DNA of 61,954 nucleotides, counting the filler, from Globobulimina sp. (lineage: Eukaryota): assembly GCA_003354225.1 (NCBI GenBank). It is 27 parts of 27 records of this genome, joined end to end, with 100 filler letters (N's around TTAATTAATTAA, not from the genome) between each part and the next. Parts side by side here need not be neighbours in the genome. Positions count along the whole stretch, not along the records: positions 22,998 to 25,195 come from PIVH01008243.1; positions 25,296 to 27,493 come from PIVH01008244.1; positions 27,594 to 29,791 come from PIVH01008245.1; positions 29,892 to 32,089 come from PIVH01008246.1; positions 32,190 to 34,387 come from PIVH01008247.1; positions 34,488 to 36,685 come from PIVH01008248.1; positions 36,786 to 38,983 come from PIVH01008249.1; 20 more parts are not named here. One strand, 5' to 3'. A program made the translations under genes and the position numbers. Positions 22,998-37,208 of this stretch are shown here, piece by piece (positions within the stretch are counted from its first letter, which is position 1; every line of letters starts with the position of its first letter). Under the pieces are notes generated by a model. The model was given only the letters and a program-made list of their open reading frames with translations, did no database searches and had not been told where the DNA came from.

Positions 22998-25173
22998 TTT
23001 TGTTAATGATGATTCAGCATCATGTTCGATGGCTGTATCTTCTGTTTTGCAATCAGTGCCTATTTAGCCTATACATTGTTGCATCACATATTAAATGTAT
23101 TAAATGTATTATATTATTATTATTAGCTTTATGTACTGTATACCTGGGGAACATATACATTTTTGCTGTTGGTCATTATAATTACCCCAATAACATGCAA
23201 ATGGTTGAGACGATACTCCACAAATTGCATCAATATCTGGACAGGAAACATTTGCTCCAATGGATGCTGCACTCGTTGTGGTCACTGTTTTATAACCGGG
23301 CTCTGTTTCAAGTGTACAATACATGCATATGTGTGATGTGTGCATATTGTAATGCCAATGTAGTCAAACTTAACGTTGTGCTCTGGTACATGTTACATTC
23401 TCTGTGGAGCTGATTTTAATTGAAATACCATCCCATTGTTGATTGAGGGAATCATATCCAAAACATTGGTGTTCAAAACAATAGCCATATTCAACAATTT
23501 GATTTGAGGCATCGATGATATCAACACATCGCGAGTTAACAGCATAATTTTGCGAAGGTGGATACGTATCGGAAGTAAATGTATTCCCTCTCACATCCCA
23601 ACATACAGATTCATAGTCACCATTGCTAGTTTGTGGAATTCTGAACGGACAAAAATCCGCTGCTTCAGTTCCACCAAATTTTGAATCACTAAAATATTGA
23701 AATTGAGCTGGCAAAGAAGCATTATAAAGACCGATGAAGCATTCTGAAGGAGCTACATAGTCATAGCTACAGCCATGATCCTCGCCACCATGACAGTAAA
23801 ATTGATTAAAATTAGATATGAATGTACTTGAATCCACACATTGGTCGCTCCATAATTGGCAGCCTGCGTTTTTCCCCCAATAAAAGGGCTCAGTGTAGTT
23901 ATAATCCACCGCATAATGGCCACTGTCCTCCATCAAAGCAACTGTGAAATGAGTAAAATAGGTCACCGCACTCCAAAGACTAGCACTCATCGTGGCAGAT
24001 TGGAGATACTTTTCATCCCAATGACTGCCTGTTAATTATCATCATATTATATAATACAATATCTGTTGAAGCACATACCTGCAGAGCCTGCACCTCCCGT
24101 ATTTTCTAATGGTAAACCTGGCAAAGTTGGACAATTATAATGATCCCTTGCTAATTGTTTGACAGTGGGTGAGATTATGTAATGGAGACCGTCGCCCATC
24201 GGATCAGTAGTATCAACTACTTGCGATTCTGCAATCAAACCACCATTAACTACTCTGAAACTGGACCATAACGAAGGACTGTACAGTAACAGTATTATAA
24301 ACATATTATATATTAATATGTTATACAGTACCTCATTACTAAGACATGAGCCACTTCGTGTACTAATGTGATTACATCTCTTTTCCAATAATTAGCTTTG
24401 TCAAACATATACGGACATATATTAACTGTCCCTGCCACCGGACGTCCATATTGATCTTGCATACATGTGATGGCCCACGCTAATGTCCGTTGGCTGGTAC
24501 ATGAATAACCGCCATACGACACATAAAGCAACAAATCGGTATTCAACACACCTGTTTTTACATTAGAATATATTTACAAACAGTTTAATTTGTATATAAC
24601 AAATAAGTGTTAGGCTCTTATACCTTTTCCAGTGGGTAGCTTGGTTGCGGTTGTATTGGTTGCTGGGAAATACAGATAATCTGCACCATAATGATCAGTT
24701 GGAATTGTGACTTGGCCGCAAACAAATGGTGTTTCATAAACATCACAGTTCATGACCGTATCCCACGCAGTGTAATAAGAATGAGCGCAATGTCGTGGAA
24801 CGTAGAAAGTGTCAGCCACTGGCACTACACTTACGAATTGCGTGTAATAGCGAATAGTGGATGACATTAAAGATTTGATATAATCAATATTTGCTGCGGA
24901 TATGTATGTTGTTGAAATTGTTAATGGATCGTAATAGGCTGAAATTCTAATTGGTGCTGTTGTGGCTGGACTCAATAATCGTCGCTTATTAAACATTGTT
25001 TTGTCATATGGATGCTCCTCATATTTTACCTTCGTTTCTCGTAATTCTTGCGCTTTATAAATCTCATCATGCACACACTTATGTATTTGCTGATTATGTG
25101 ACATCGCTGTATTTACAATGGTTAGAGTTGCTGCTATTAGCAAGTGTGCCAGTGTCACATTCCAAGGTGCCAT
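22998..25173 (-). CDS. Leishmanolysin/GP63-like M8 metallopeptidase, multi-exon, 3'-truncated
   Basis: Signal peptide, HKCVHD Cys-switch, CMQDQYGRPVAG, HEVAH, LENTGGAGSAGSHWD and ALMEDSGHY...WGKNAGC. Confidence 0.95.
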
Positions 25174-25295
25174 GTTGTGAATAATTGGTGTTTTCNNNNN
25201 NNNNNNNNNNNNNNNNNNNNNNNNNNNNNNNNNNNNNNNTTAATTAATTAANNNNNNNNNNNNNNNNNNNNNNNNNNNNNNNNNNNNNNNNNNNN

Positions 25296-27258
25296 AACAT
25301 GTTTTTTAAATTAACTCAAGCCTGTCGTTACTTAACTCAATTGGCCACCGATGCGGATCAATGTGTAGAGATATTGCAATACGAAGGATTGGATACGGTG
25401 TTCCGTATAATGCAAGACACCGCCGGCGACGTAGCCATCCAAATGAGTACCTGTGCCGCTGTGGTGGTGATATGCGCAAATCCCGCCAGCAAACAATACC
25501 CAGCCAAAGTGAATGGCATTTATCAGATCTCCGCCGGTATACAATCCAATATGAATTACCAGCCCTTTGTGGTGTTGGCCTTCAATGCAGTGTGCAATTT
25601 TTGCCATGACCACAATATCCATCGAGCCATGTCTTTAGATACCAATGTGGTGGAACAAATTATCGGTGGCATGGATTACCATCGAGGCCGAGATGAAGGA
25701 TACAGAGTGCATCAAGCCGGTTGTCTCGCACTTCGTAATGTTGCTGCCGATCCAAGTATGTTTTGTGTTGTATCTCTACGCAAAATCGCAATTTGCCAAA
25801 ACGGCCAAATTCAGAGGGCAAAATTGTACAAAAATCGCTTTGTTTTCACTCTGAAAAACATAAACACAAACACCAACAGAGGGACAGGCAGCGGTGGGCC
25901 CACGCGGTGTGAAAGCAATCACGGATGGCATGGAAGAATATCGTTCAATGAGGGAAGTAGTGGAAGGTTCCATGGGCGTATTATGTAATTTATGTGCGTT
26001 GCCCGGCAATGGAGAGTCTTTTGTGATGAATGGCGGTTTACAATTATTGGACTCGTTATACAGTGATCCGGAGAGCGGTGATAATGTCCGTTTGGCCTCG
26101 GCCTCAGTGTTACATAATTTAGCTGCCAATCCAGATACGGCATTGCTGTTATCCTCTGACGAAGGCATTGATTTGTTGGTGAAGATCATACGCAAAGCTC
26201 CGGTGGATTCGCCTCTATTTTTGAACACATTAAAAGTATTAGCGGCGCTATTGTTTAAATTGCCAAATGACAATAAACCCGCTGGCAATAAGAAGCCGCA
26301 AGTGATGAAACGTATTATCCAAAAAGGACTGTTAGCCACTTTGAATGAGGCGGTCAAGTATGACAGCAAAGAGTTGCAAGAGATGAGCGCCACTTTGATG
26401 ATTGTCATCGCACAGACTTCGCCCAAATTGGCGCAAGAATTAGCCGACGCAGACTCGCCCGCCCAATTAGTCAATATGTGCATGAATGATCCCACGCCGC
26501 AGGCCCAGCACTGTTCGGTTGCCATATGGTTCCATGTTTGTGATGCCTTTCAAAATCAAGCGCAGTTAATTGAGAATAGCATTGTTGCCTTTTTAACCTC
26601 TGAATGGTACATGAATCCAAATACGAAAGACGATACCATACGGATTGGGTGCGGGGTGTATATAAAATTGTGCTCAAATGTACGGAATGCCGCGGCCTTT
26701 GCCCAATATAAGGAGAAAGTGATTGAGTTTTGCAATTATTGTCGGCAAAATAAGCCGCAAGTGGCAGATTTATGCAATGCCATCGAGTCTTCCATGAAAC
26801 AAATGGATCCAATGCAGAATGCTCAAATGCATGTTCAAGAAGATTATCAGAGGAAACCCAATCCAAATCAGCCAAATTATCAGCAACAACAGCAACAGCA
26901 ACAGCAACAACAGCAGGCGCCACCACAGCAACAGCAACAACAACAACAGCAACAGCAACAGCAGCAATATAATAATCAAGTAAAACAAGTAAAAAAAGAG
27001 TCGGTAGTGCAGGATAATAATAATTATGGTCAGCCGCAATATAATGAGCCGCAACAAGTGAATCCATCGGGTGGCGGTGTGCCCGATGTCGGCGATACAA
27101 TGCCCTTTTCAGAAGCAAAGAAATTAAATGTACCAAATAAGGAAGCTTATGTTCATGACGATGAATTTCAACAAATATTTGGAATGACAAAGGAAGATTT
27201 TTATAAACAAAGACCATGGAAACAAAAAAACCTTAAAAGGTCAAAAGGATTATTTTAA
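25296..27258 (+). CDS. Armadillo-repeat protein with poly-Q linker and C-terminal villin headpiece, 5'-truncated
   Basis: ARM repeats (GCLALRNVA, GVLCNLC); intron about 25756-25879; KEAYVHDDEFQQIFGMTKEDFYKQRPWKQKNLKRSKGLF. Confidence 0.9.
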
Positions 27259-27593
27259 AATACATATAAATATAATTAGGTTTTTGTGATGAAATTTGTT
27301 TTGTTTTTTATTTTATTTTATGTACATAAATAAGTTATTTGTTGTGCCTGCCTGTATTGGCAGATGTTTTTGTTCTATTCCTTGTACCATATTATGTATT
27401 TATTATATTTTCTGTTTTTTTGTTTAGTTTGAAATATTATGTGCGATCGTGAATATTTTTAAGATGTTATTGGATGCCTTTCATCATGCCGAANNNNNNN
27501 NNNNNNNNNNNNNNNNNNNNNNNNNNNNNNNNNNNNNTTAATTAATTAANNNNNNNNNNNNNNNNNNNNNNNNNNNNNNNNNNNNNNNNNNNN

Positions 27594-28855
27594 TGACTCA
27601 ACACCATGGGCAATATTGAAATTGTACATTTGTTGGAGATATAAACCATTGTTAACAAAAAATGTAGAAACATCTATGGATTTAATACATCACATTGAGT
27701 CTTAACTTGTTGCTTGCTTTTCTTCTTTTTATTGCTGTCTTTATTCCTCACTCTCATTGAATTTTAGCGCGCATAATGATAAAACCTATAATAAATATAT
27801 CCGTAGTGACTTGAACAATATATATCAAAGACATAGATAGTCATAAATATGATGAACATAAACCAGGTAATACTCTTTGTCTCAATGTGGCGATTTACAT
27901 TCCACAGATCTACATTGATAAACTTATCAAACCATCCAGTATTATGTCCATGCACCTCATCTTTATGCTTGTCGTGCCAGTACAAACAGATCAGAAATAT
28001 ATAAGCGCCAAACACAAACACCATACAAATATCTATAAAATGTCGATTGCAGGATTCAATTGCTCGCAATGTGACAAATAACGTCTTCTCGCCATGCAGA
28101 TATAGATACTTTATCGATTTCGATATCACAAAATGCAATATTCGATTGATAATATATACAAATAAAGGAATAAATAAACAGCGCAATATCTCATAACCAC
28201 TGGGATATGGAATAGAATCAATAGAATCATCATCAAAGTGTTCATTGCCAAGCTCATCTTTGTCAATAAATATGTAGAAAGTAGCTGTAATCGCACATAA
28301 GTCCATCAATATGGATAAACAAATAAAACACAAATCGAATTTGTAACGCTCAAAAGGGGTCCACGAGGGATCTAATTCTAATTTAATTTGGTTCATATTC
28401 TGCGTGGATTTGCGTAAATCAGTCAATTCATCATCATCTGCGTCAAAATGGCGGGGGATATATGAAGGGTCGATATATACGCGACCGCCGCCTTGCGTTT
28501 CAAAGAACTGTGAGTCGTCTTCAGTCATTTCAGTGTTGATAGTTTGGTCAGATTTTTTCCTCGAAATATTCATATTTACATCCATTAGATTATCAGTATG
28601 GATTAGCACTTGTGGCGATAATGAACGAATTAACGATTCATCCTTTTGCTCCGCATCTATTGCGGATGGATTTAAATTTTTTGAAGATCTATAGGAGGGC
28701 TCGTCGTTTAAACGTGATAATGATAACTCGGAATCAAAACGTTCTTTATTGGTTATGTCGTGGTGAGGTGATAACAGTGCGGTGGCTTCATCAAGAAGTG
28801 GTTGCCGTATGTTGCTGTCATCATTGGCCATCACCGCTTTTAAAGGTATGTGCAT
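27594..28855 (-). CDS. Multi-pass membrane protein, 3'-truncated
   Basis: Disordered N-terminus then at least four TM segments; it probably continues past an intron near 27765. Confidence 0.6.
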
Positions 28856-28972
28856 GGACTCATTGGACTGAACTACTGTTGGGATGGGATTTTTTGATAA
28901 CAGAGTAAAACATTTATCTATTCTTCTTTACACACTGTTTCCGTTCAATACTACCTTCATTTTCAATTCTAA

Positions 28973-29791
<819 letters not shown>

Positions 29792-29891
29792 NNNNNNNNN
29801 NNNNNNNNNNNNNNNNNNNNNNNNNNNNNNNNNNNTTAATTAATTAANNNNNNNNNNNNNNNNNNNNNNNNNNNNNNNNNNNNNNNNNNNN

Positions 29892-32089
29892 TGTTGTTGG
29901 ATGCGCGGCGATATGGAAGCACCGGGCGTCATAAATGGAGTCTGTTGCACCGCCACGTGTTGTTTATAAACCGTTGGCTGATTTGAAAATCTATGCTGTT
30001 GCGGAGGTGGCTGTAGCTGTGGCTGCGGCTGTGGTGCTTGCAGTGGCTGCGCCGTTTGAGTCTGCTGTGTAATTAATTGTTGTTGCTGTTGCTGTCTTTG
30101 CTGTGCTTGCAATACAGCTCTATGTTGATAATTATTTAACATTTTCTGTCCATGGCTCACTTGACGGTGCCCAATCTGTCCATGGCTGATTTGGTTCTGC
30201 TTATGACTCTCATTCACATTCACATTGTTTGTAAACCTTTGCACGAATTCAATGGAATTGCCTCCCAAACTTCCATTGCTGCTTTGATGCGACAACGGCA
30301 ATGAATTGACTCTCTGTAATGCATTCTGATTCATTTTATTTATGGATATCTGCGCATTGTGCGAATGTGGCTGCGGCTGCGGCTGTGGCTGTGGCTGGGT
30401 ATGACGCGATGCATTCATTGCATTCATGCTATTCGACATTCCATTCGATATTCCATTCGCTAGAAGATAGGTTTGCTGTGACTGAGATAGGTTTTGTTGC
30501 GGTATGTTTTGAACTTGCTGCACTTGCTGGACATTGACATATGGATCGTTACGAATGGTGACAGTCTGTTGCGTGCCACGCGGAGCAGTGGGCCGAGGAT
30601 GATGCAAGCCGTTACGTGTACAATTGGTTAGGTTGATATTGGCCGGCCGACACATTCCATTTATGGCCTGTTGAATGGTTTGCGTCTGTGTCTTAGGCAT
30701 AGCCATGCTCTGTGTCTGCGTCTGTGGCATGGCAATGTGCATAATTGCTTGTTGTATCTGAGGCGTAACGGATTTGGCGGCCTGTAAGCTCAAAATCGGT
30801 GTACTCGATTTGTTATTGTGTACCGACATCGATACGGATTTAACTGATTTTGTGCGCGACGACGAGCGGGATTTGGTCGGTTCGAAGGTCTTGGCGTTGG
30901 AATTTAAGCCGATTTTACTGTTATTTTGATGATGAGTTTGCGAGATCACTCTCTCCCGCCGCGAGTTTGAATTTTTATTCTCATTCGGCGCAGAATTGCA
31001 ACTGTTGGTTTTCTCGACATTTTTCATGAAATGGTTGTATTTGGCGGACATTGGCGGTCTGGTCGGTTTCCGTTCTTTTTCCCGTTGTTTTTTGTCCATT
31101 TTTACAGTGTGATTGAGATCTAATTTAACGTCCGACTGTGCTTCGTATTGTTTTTCCTCCTCATTCATATCCGCATTGATGGCCATTTTCATGCTTTCCC
31201 GTTTCTGAAACTCGTCAAATAAATGCTGCGTCGACTCATTGTTAAACATATCGATGTCCTTATTGTACACCAACTTATTTTTGCTGATCTTGTACCATTC
31301 CATCAAATCAGCCGTGCTCAAAATCTCTCCATTTTGGTAATTGGCCAAATCTAATAAAGTATCGAAGGTCATACACAAATGCGGCGCCAAATTCTGCGAA
31401 GAATGGCCAATAACCAACGTACCGTCCAATATTTGAAATAATTCGCTGTATTTCTCGCCGAAACTCATACAGTCCGAGCCGTCGTCACTGGGCTCCGCCA
31501 CCGCATCCGCACTCATGTTCATATGCAAGTGCATGTGTTGGGTCACCTCATGTTGAACATGCAATTGTTCTTTTCGATCCTTAGCAACACGCAAACATTA
31601 AAATGCAAAGCTAAAAAAAACTTTTGAGTGAAAACACACTGTAACATCATGCCGCTCACTGCCACTGTCACGGTCTCCCACTACTTGGGCTTGCGACGAG
31701 TCGATGAACATAAACGACGGCTCTTTGAACTCATCGGCGTGGTTTTCTGGGTTCAGGTTCGACAAAAAAGCCTGTGGCTTGATGGGGGAAGGCATTTTCT
31801 GCGGCGATGTCGACGCATTCTTTGGCGATATCTGCATTGATGCGTGATTTTCGTGTTCGTGGCTATGCATAGCCACTGTCATATGTTCCTCGTCAGCTTG
31901 GTGCTGTGGCGGTTGTTTTGTGTCTGCCATTTGCTCGTTGTTTGACATTAAAATGTGTCCATTCATAGTCAGGACAGGCGGAGGGATTGGCGGTGGCGGT
32001 AAGGGCAAAGGAGGTGACTCGAATATTTGTGCTAAATTGGGATCTAAGTCTTTCTCGAATTCCTTGGGCAATTTGATCACATTCACTTG
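29892..32089 (-). CDS. Q/P/N-rich protein with a PAM2-like motif, truncated at both ends
   Basis: Two ORFs separated by a probable intron around 31600-31640; GLNSNAKTFEP matches the PAM2 consensus. Confidence 0.6.
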
Positions 32090-32189
32090 NNNNNNNNNNN
32101 NNNNNNNNNNNNNNNNNNNNNNNNNNNNNNNNNTTAATTAATTAANNNNNNNNNNNNNNNNNNNNNNNNNNNNNNNNNNNNNNNNNNNN

Positions 32190-34136
32190 AAAATGAAAAT
32201 ATTTCAGTATGACAATCAATACCATATTTTGTAGCATATTGTTTGACGTCTTTTATCATTCCATTTGGACCGCAGCTTAACACAGCAACACCATTTCCTT
32301 TTGCATTGCTTATTTCTGCTGCCTCTTTTATAATATTTTCAATATTTGGTCTTCCAAATTTTAAAAATGAATATTTTTGCTCATATTCTTTTTGTGCATT
32401 TTCATCTTTAACTCTTGTAATATAAAAATGTGTAATAACTTCTGTTTCTTGTAAAAAATCTTTTTTTTTCTGAATAATGAATAAATTGGGACTAAAATAT
32501 TGCGGTAAAACGATTTGTTTATTATCATTATTACCTGACTCATATTTACTATTTTTATATTTGATTCCAGCCCAATGCCTCTCTTCGAATTCCTGTATCA
32601 TTGACGGATCACGCACTGTCCATACAAACTCAATCCGTTTTACGCCCACACCCAACTGAGCTGACTCACCATTCTTATTCGAATGCGTATTGTTTATATC
32701 ATAAATTAACTGATTAAATATGGACTGAAGCGGAGTGATTCCAATGCCGCCACTGATCATCACAATGGATGAATAATTATTTAATGGCACTTGTAATTCG
32801 CCATATGGTCCGTCCATAAAACATAATAACTTATTCCATTCGTACCCAATTTCTTGATAGTTACTAACCAATTGTTGCAATTTCGAGGTCCAATCTCCTA
32901 AAACACGAATATGAATCAGTATGCAATCAGTGTTAAATGGTGATGATGATATGCTGAATGGATGAAACTCTGTGAAACTTATACTTGGAATGCAAATAAA
33001 TAAATATTGGCCGGCTGAATATTTAAAATTTGTTTTATTAAATTCCATTCTGATTACGTTCCCATTTAATAATTTAATATTTGTTATAACCACTTTCTGC
33101 AAAATACAAAACAAAAGTAATTATAAACAAATTTACATCAAATAATGTAATTTGTACCTTAAAAAATAATGTGTAAACACGAAATATTACATCGAATATT
33201 AAACACAAAACACCAACAACAATCGCCGAGGCTTCATGAATTACACAAAAAATGCCGAATGTACAAAATAAAATCCAATGCAGTTTATAAAAAATTTCAA
33301 ATATTTTACGACGAAATATTTCTGAACAGCAGAAACAACACATTTGTGAATATATAGTGAAAAAAAATATTTTTGTACTTTTTACCTAAGGAAGTTAAAA
33401 AAATTAAGACAGCAAATATCAATGCCATGGAACCAGAAAAAGATTCTTCCTCAAACCACGATTCGTCACTTTCTTTCCAAAAATGCAAAAAAGCCATCAC
33501 AATGGAAAAACGACCAAGAATGCGATGGAAAATTATCATTCTTTCAAAGGAGAAACCAAACAATATTTGAAATAAAAAATTATTTCTCATTCCTAAAATC
33601 CATGTCATTGTAAACCAAATGGCTGCAAAGGAACCACTGCCTTCTCCGTCTAAGAAAATAATCTGTGAAATGAGAGCGGCGATTAATAAAATATAAAATA
33701 TAATTTCTGCAAAGCTCAAACGGTAAAGAAATTCATGGATATTGGAGAGGATTGCACCAATAATCGGGATTTTATATTCATTTTTAATGCGCGCAAAACA
33801 CGAAAAAGGCCGAAATAAAAAAAATAAATTTAATTTCCAACGAATTTTTTCACTGTAATGAATGGTTTGGTAGAATGCACTCGAATCATTTTGCTGATAT
33901 TTTGATGGTTGGTATGTTTCGGGTTGAATTAAAAGGACATTTTTTTCTTCACATTGATCTGTATCAACATGTAAATCCTCGTTTTCTTGTTTATTGTTAT
34001 AGTCTTCTAAACCAACACTAGGATTTTTTTGCAATTCTAACATTTCATCACGATCTGCCCCAGAAATTTGAAATTCATTTTCTTCCGATCTCTCTTGCAA
34101 TTCTACTGCTTCATATGACTGTTGAGGAGCTGCCAT
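32190..34136 (-). CDS. Ferric reductase / NADPH oxidase family flavocytochrome, two introns
   Basis: Heme His pairs (FHRILG...FLH; KLHW...VIH), HPFSISS (FAD), DGPYG, SGGIGITP, CGP and terminal HTEIF. Confidence 0.93.
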
Positions 34137-34179
34137 GATGCAAAGTTCAGAAGATTTTTGAGGACCCTTTACACAAATC

Positions 34180-34387
34180 ATGGCAACATCAGTCCAGCCA
34201 GCAATGGATGAAAACGAGGACTCCGACATGGACGAACGTAACACCAAAGGCGTTACTGTTCATAGATCACCATTTGCTGGTGCATGGATGACTACAACAC
34301 CAAATACAACAACAGCAACAACCACAACCACAACCGCTACATGGAATAAAAGTACATCAAGAAGAAACACGCCATCATTGTCGTTAA
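34180..34387 (+). CDS. N-terminus of a truncated Thr-rich protein
   Basis: ATCATGG start, open to the contig end. Confidence 0.4.
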
Positions 34388-34487
34388 NNNNNNNNNNNNN
34401 NNNNNNNNNNNNNNNNNNNNNNNNNNNNNNNTTAATTAATTAANNNNNNNNNNNNNNNNNNNNNNNNNNNNNNNNNNNNNNNNNNNN

Positions 34488-34597
34488 GCTGTTGCTGGAA
34501 GGTTTGGAGTTGCTACAAATGTAAATGTCATAGGAATTTGTGACGGAAAAGAGCCGATGCTTCCGGCTGGAGTTACCCAATCAGGATGATTGCTCAT
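34488..34597 (-). CDS. N-terminus of a phage-type virion/Ig-like protein (MSNHPDWVTPAGSIG...)
   Basis: ATG overlaps the upstream TGA (ATGA coupling); the PxWxTxAGSxG motif is typical of phage Ig/cadherin-like repeat proteins. Confidence 0.55.
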
Positions 34598-35028
34598 TTG
34601 TTAAGACCCAATGAATAATGTGTTCTGCCATCAACTTTAGTAGCAGTCAATGATTTACCCCTATTACCTGCAATGTTATATGTCACATGTACCCAACCAG
34701 AATCTGGAACACCCGGGGTATAGAATTCTAAGATTACTTAATCAAAATCTGTATTCTTTTCAATCCATTTAGCAAGATCATAATTAGATACTCCATGTAT
34801 CTCTATGTCTGCGGCTTGCCCCTTACAGTGTTGTGACTTAGCACTTCCACCTACTGCTGAATTAAGAGCAGATCCACGATATCCACTATTAATAATGACA
34901 GGTCCAAAATGATCTCTGACTTTTTGTAATACGTTTTCACACAATGCTTTTGCATTTTCTAAATGCTCTTCAGGCATAGAGTTGTCTAAGCCTTGACGTA
35001 TAGCAGTTTGACTTTTTTCAAGTTGAGA
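34594..35028 (-). pseudogene. Phage-type peptidase M15A with an internal TAA and missing start
   Basis: KSQTAIRQGLDN, INSGYR, SQHCKGQAADI, FD*VILEFY and SGWVHVTY; ends in TGA. Confidence 0.85.
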
Positions 35029-35030
35029 TC

Positions 35031-36685
35031 ATGGCTCTGTCCTTTATTTTATTTCTTATGAGTATTTACCACAATTTTTCTCAATGTACAACAAGTATAA
35101 ACGAAACCTGTTACATTGATGCCGCATCATCAAGTAATGTAATACAATGTGGAGGCAGCAAATGCATTGTTTCATGTTTATTTGATTCTTCGTGTAGTTT
35201 TGCCCATATTATATGCCCTGTGAATGCAATGCGTTGTATCATTAATTGTAATGCTGTTAAGTACATACAATATATATATATGTTAAATGCTCAATTTGCA
35301 TATATTTATGTCTGCTACGAACAACATACAGACGAGATCATGTGAAGGCACGTCAATAACTGCAACATCCTGCAAACACACTGAAATTAATATTGTTGGC
35401 AGCGATTCAGGAAGGAAAATGATAATAAAAGCTCCAGGTTCAAAGGGAGCGAAATTATATGTAAACATAGCTACAAACAGTGATTTTTATGATAATATAA
35501 TAGAATGTGAATCAATGTCATCCATCATGCATATAAATTGCAGTAATGCGCGTTTATGCATTAATAATACAATCAATGGCTACAATATTCAACAATCATT
35601 GACATATTTATGTAATGGAGACGTAGATTGTAGTAATTCCGATATTTATTGTCCATTATATTCCAACGCATCGGAATGTAATATTGATTGTTCGATGTGT
35701 CATAATATGAATGTGTATACAACAAATGCTAAATCAGGTATTAATTGGCAATGTACCAATGATTCGACATCATGTATTAATTCAAAATTGCATTGTATCT
35801 CGAATCAAAATGAATATTCAACCAACCTGAAATTTATTCAATCAAATTCTCAATGGGTTTATGATCAAAATATATGTACAGCATTAGGTATAAAATTTTT
35901 TTGTTTGGTTGACAAAAAAGAATATGTAAAATATGTACAGTCATTCATATAAATGTAATACAAATGCCATTTTTTCATATTACATTTAAATGAATGACTT
36001 TATACATCGATCGCTTTGAAGCACCAACATTTTTACCATCATTACAATCAACGTTAGAACTAATATATGAGCCAACAATGGAGCCAATTCTTATAAGTTT
36101 AATTTGCTTTTTTTTATTTTTATTTTTTTGACATGTTTATAAAAAATAAATAACAGCGAATGTTAATGAAAATGATAAAGATTTTGATTGGAAAAGAGAT
36201 GTTTTTATGCGGCCATTGTATGCGTTTGGAATAATATTTATCTGTTTACTAATTTGTGTGACATTCATTATTGGATTTTGGTTATACTCTCAACATGAAA
36301 TCGAAAATCACATTGTGAAAAATAAAAAAGATATTATTGTAATGGCAGAGAGAGAAATATTAAATACCGCAAAACAATCAATTTGTAAACAAAAATCAAA
36401 GGCTGATTCATCAAAATCAATTAGTTTTTGCAATCCGTCGCCTCCACGACGTATTGAATATTCTCTGCCTCCGCCACCTCCAAAAATAAATATTAAAAAT
36501 GAAAAACAAATTGAAATGGAAAGTGATCATAAAATGTTACCATTATCAACAGATCATAGCGTAACACCGCCATCATCATCACATCAATTACCAAATGAAA
36601 TATCATTATCAATGCAAGCCAACACCTCACAAAATGGAAACATATCCATTACATATTTAGCACAACAACATCAAAATCAATCTGC
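35031..36685 (+). CDS. Cys-rich type I membrane protein, multi-exon, 3'-truncated
   Basis: Signal peptide, CxIxC repeats, GT-AG introns, TM helix (about 36220-36285) and a Pro-rich tail. Confidence 0.75.
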
Positions 36686-36785
36686 NNNNNNNNNNNNNNN
36701 NNNNNNNNNNNNNNNNNNNNNNNNNNNNNTTAATTAATTAANNNNNNNNNNNNNNNNNNNNNNNNNNNNNNNNNNNNNNNNNNNN

Positions 36786-37036
36786 CATTTTCATATTCAT
36801 TTTCATTTTCCGCGTTGTTGAGTGATTTATCATCATTGAAAAATAAAAATAAGTTGAAATGCACAATAAATGGAGTTTGGAAAGATAAGAAGAATAAAAA
36901 AGATGGTAAACAAAGTTGGATTTATTATCAATATTCAGCATCACCCACTAAATCATCATCATTTACATCCTCATTGAAGAGTGCTACTGATTGTTATGGA
37001 GATTATAGTGATATCTTAACATTTGAATCTGTGTGA
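36786..37036 (+). CDS. C-terminus of a truncated hypothetical protein
   Basis: Open frame ending in TGA at 37036. Confidence 0.4.
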
Positions 37037-37208
37037 AATCATAAACATAATTATATGCTATTTATTATACTTTTTTGTTTGCTTTTTTTGTTTTTGTTGT
37101 TTATTGTACTCTTTTCGTATTTTTATTGATGCTGTCTGCCACAGATGACATATAAAATATTTTTACAAATTAAAATTAAAGTTTTTTAGTAAACCAGACT
37201 GTGTAAGC

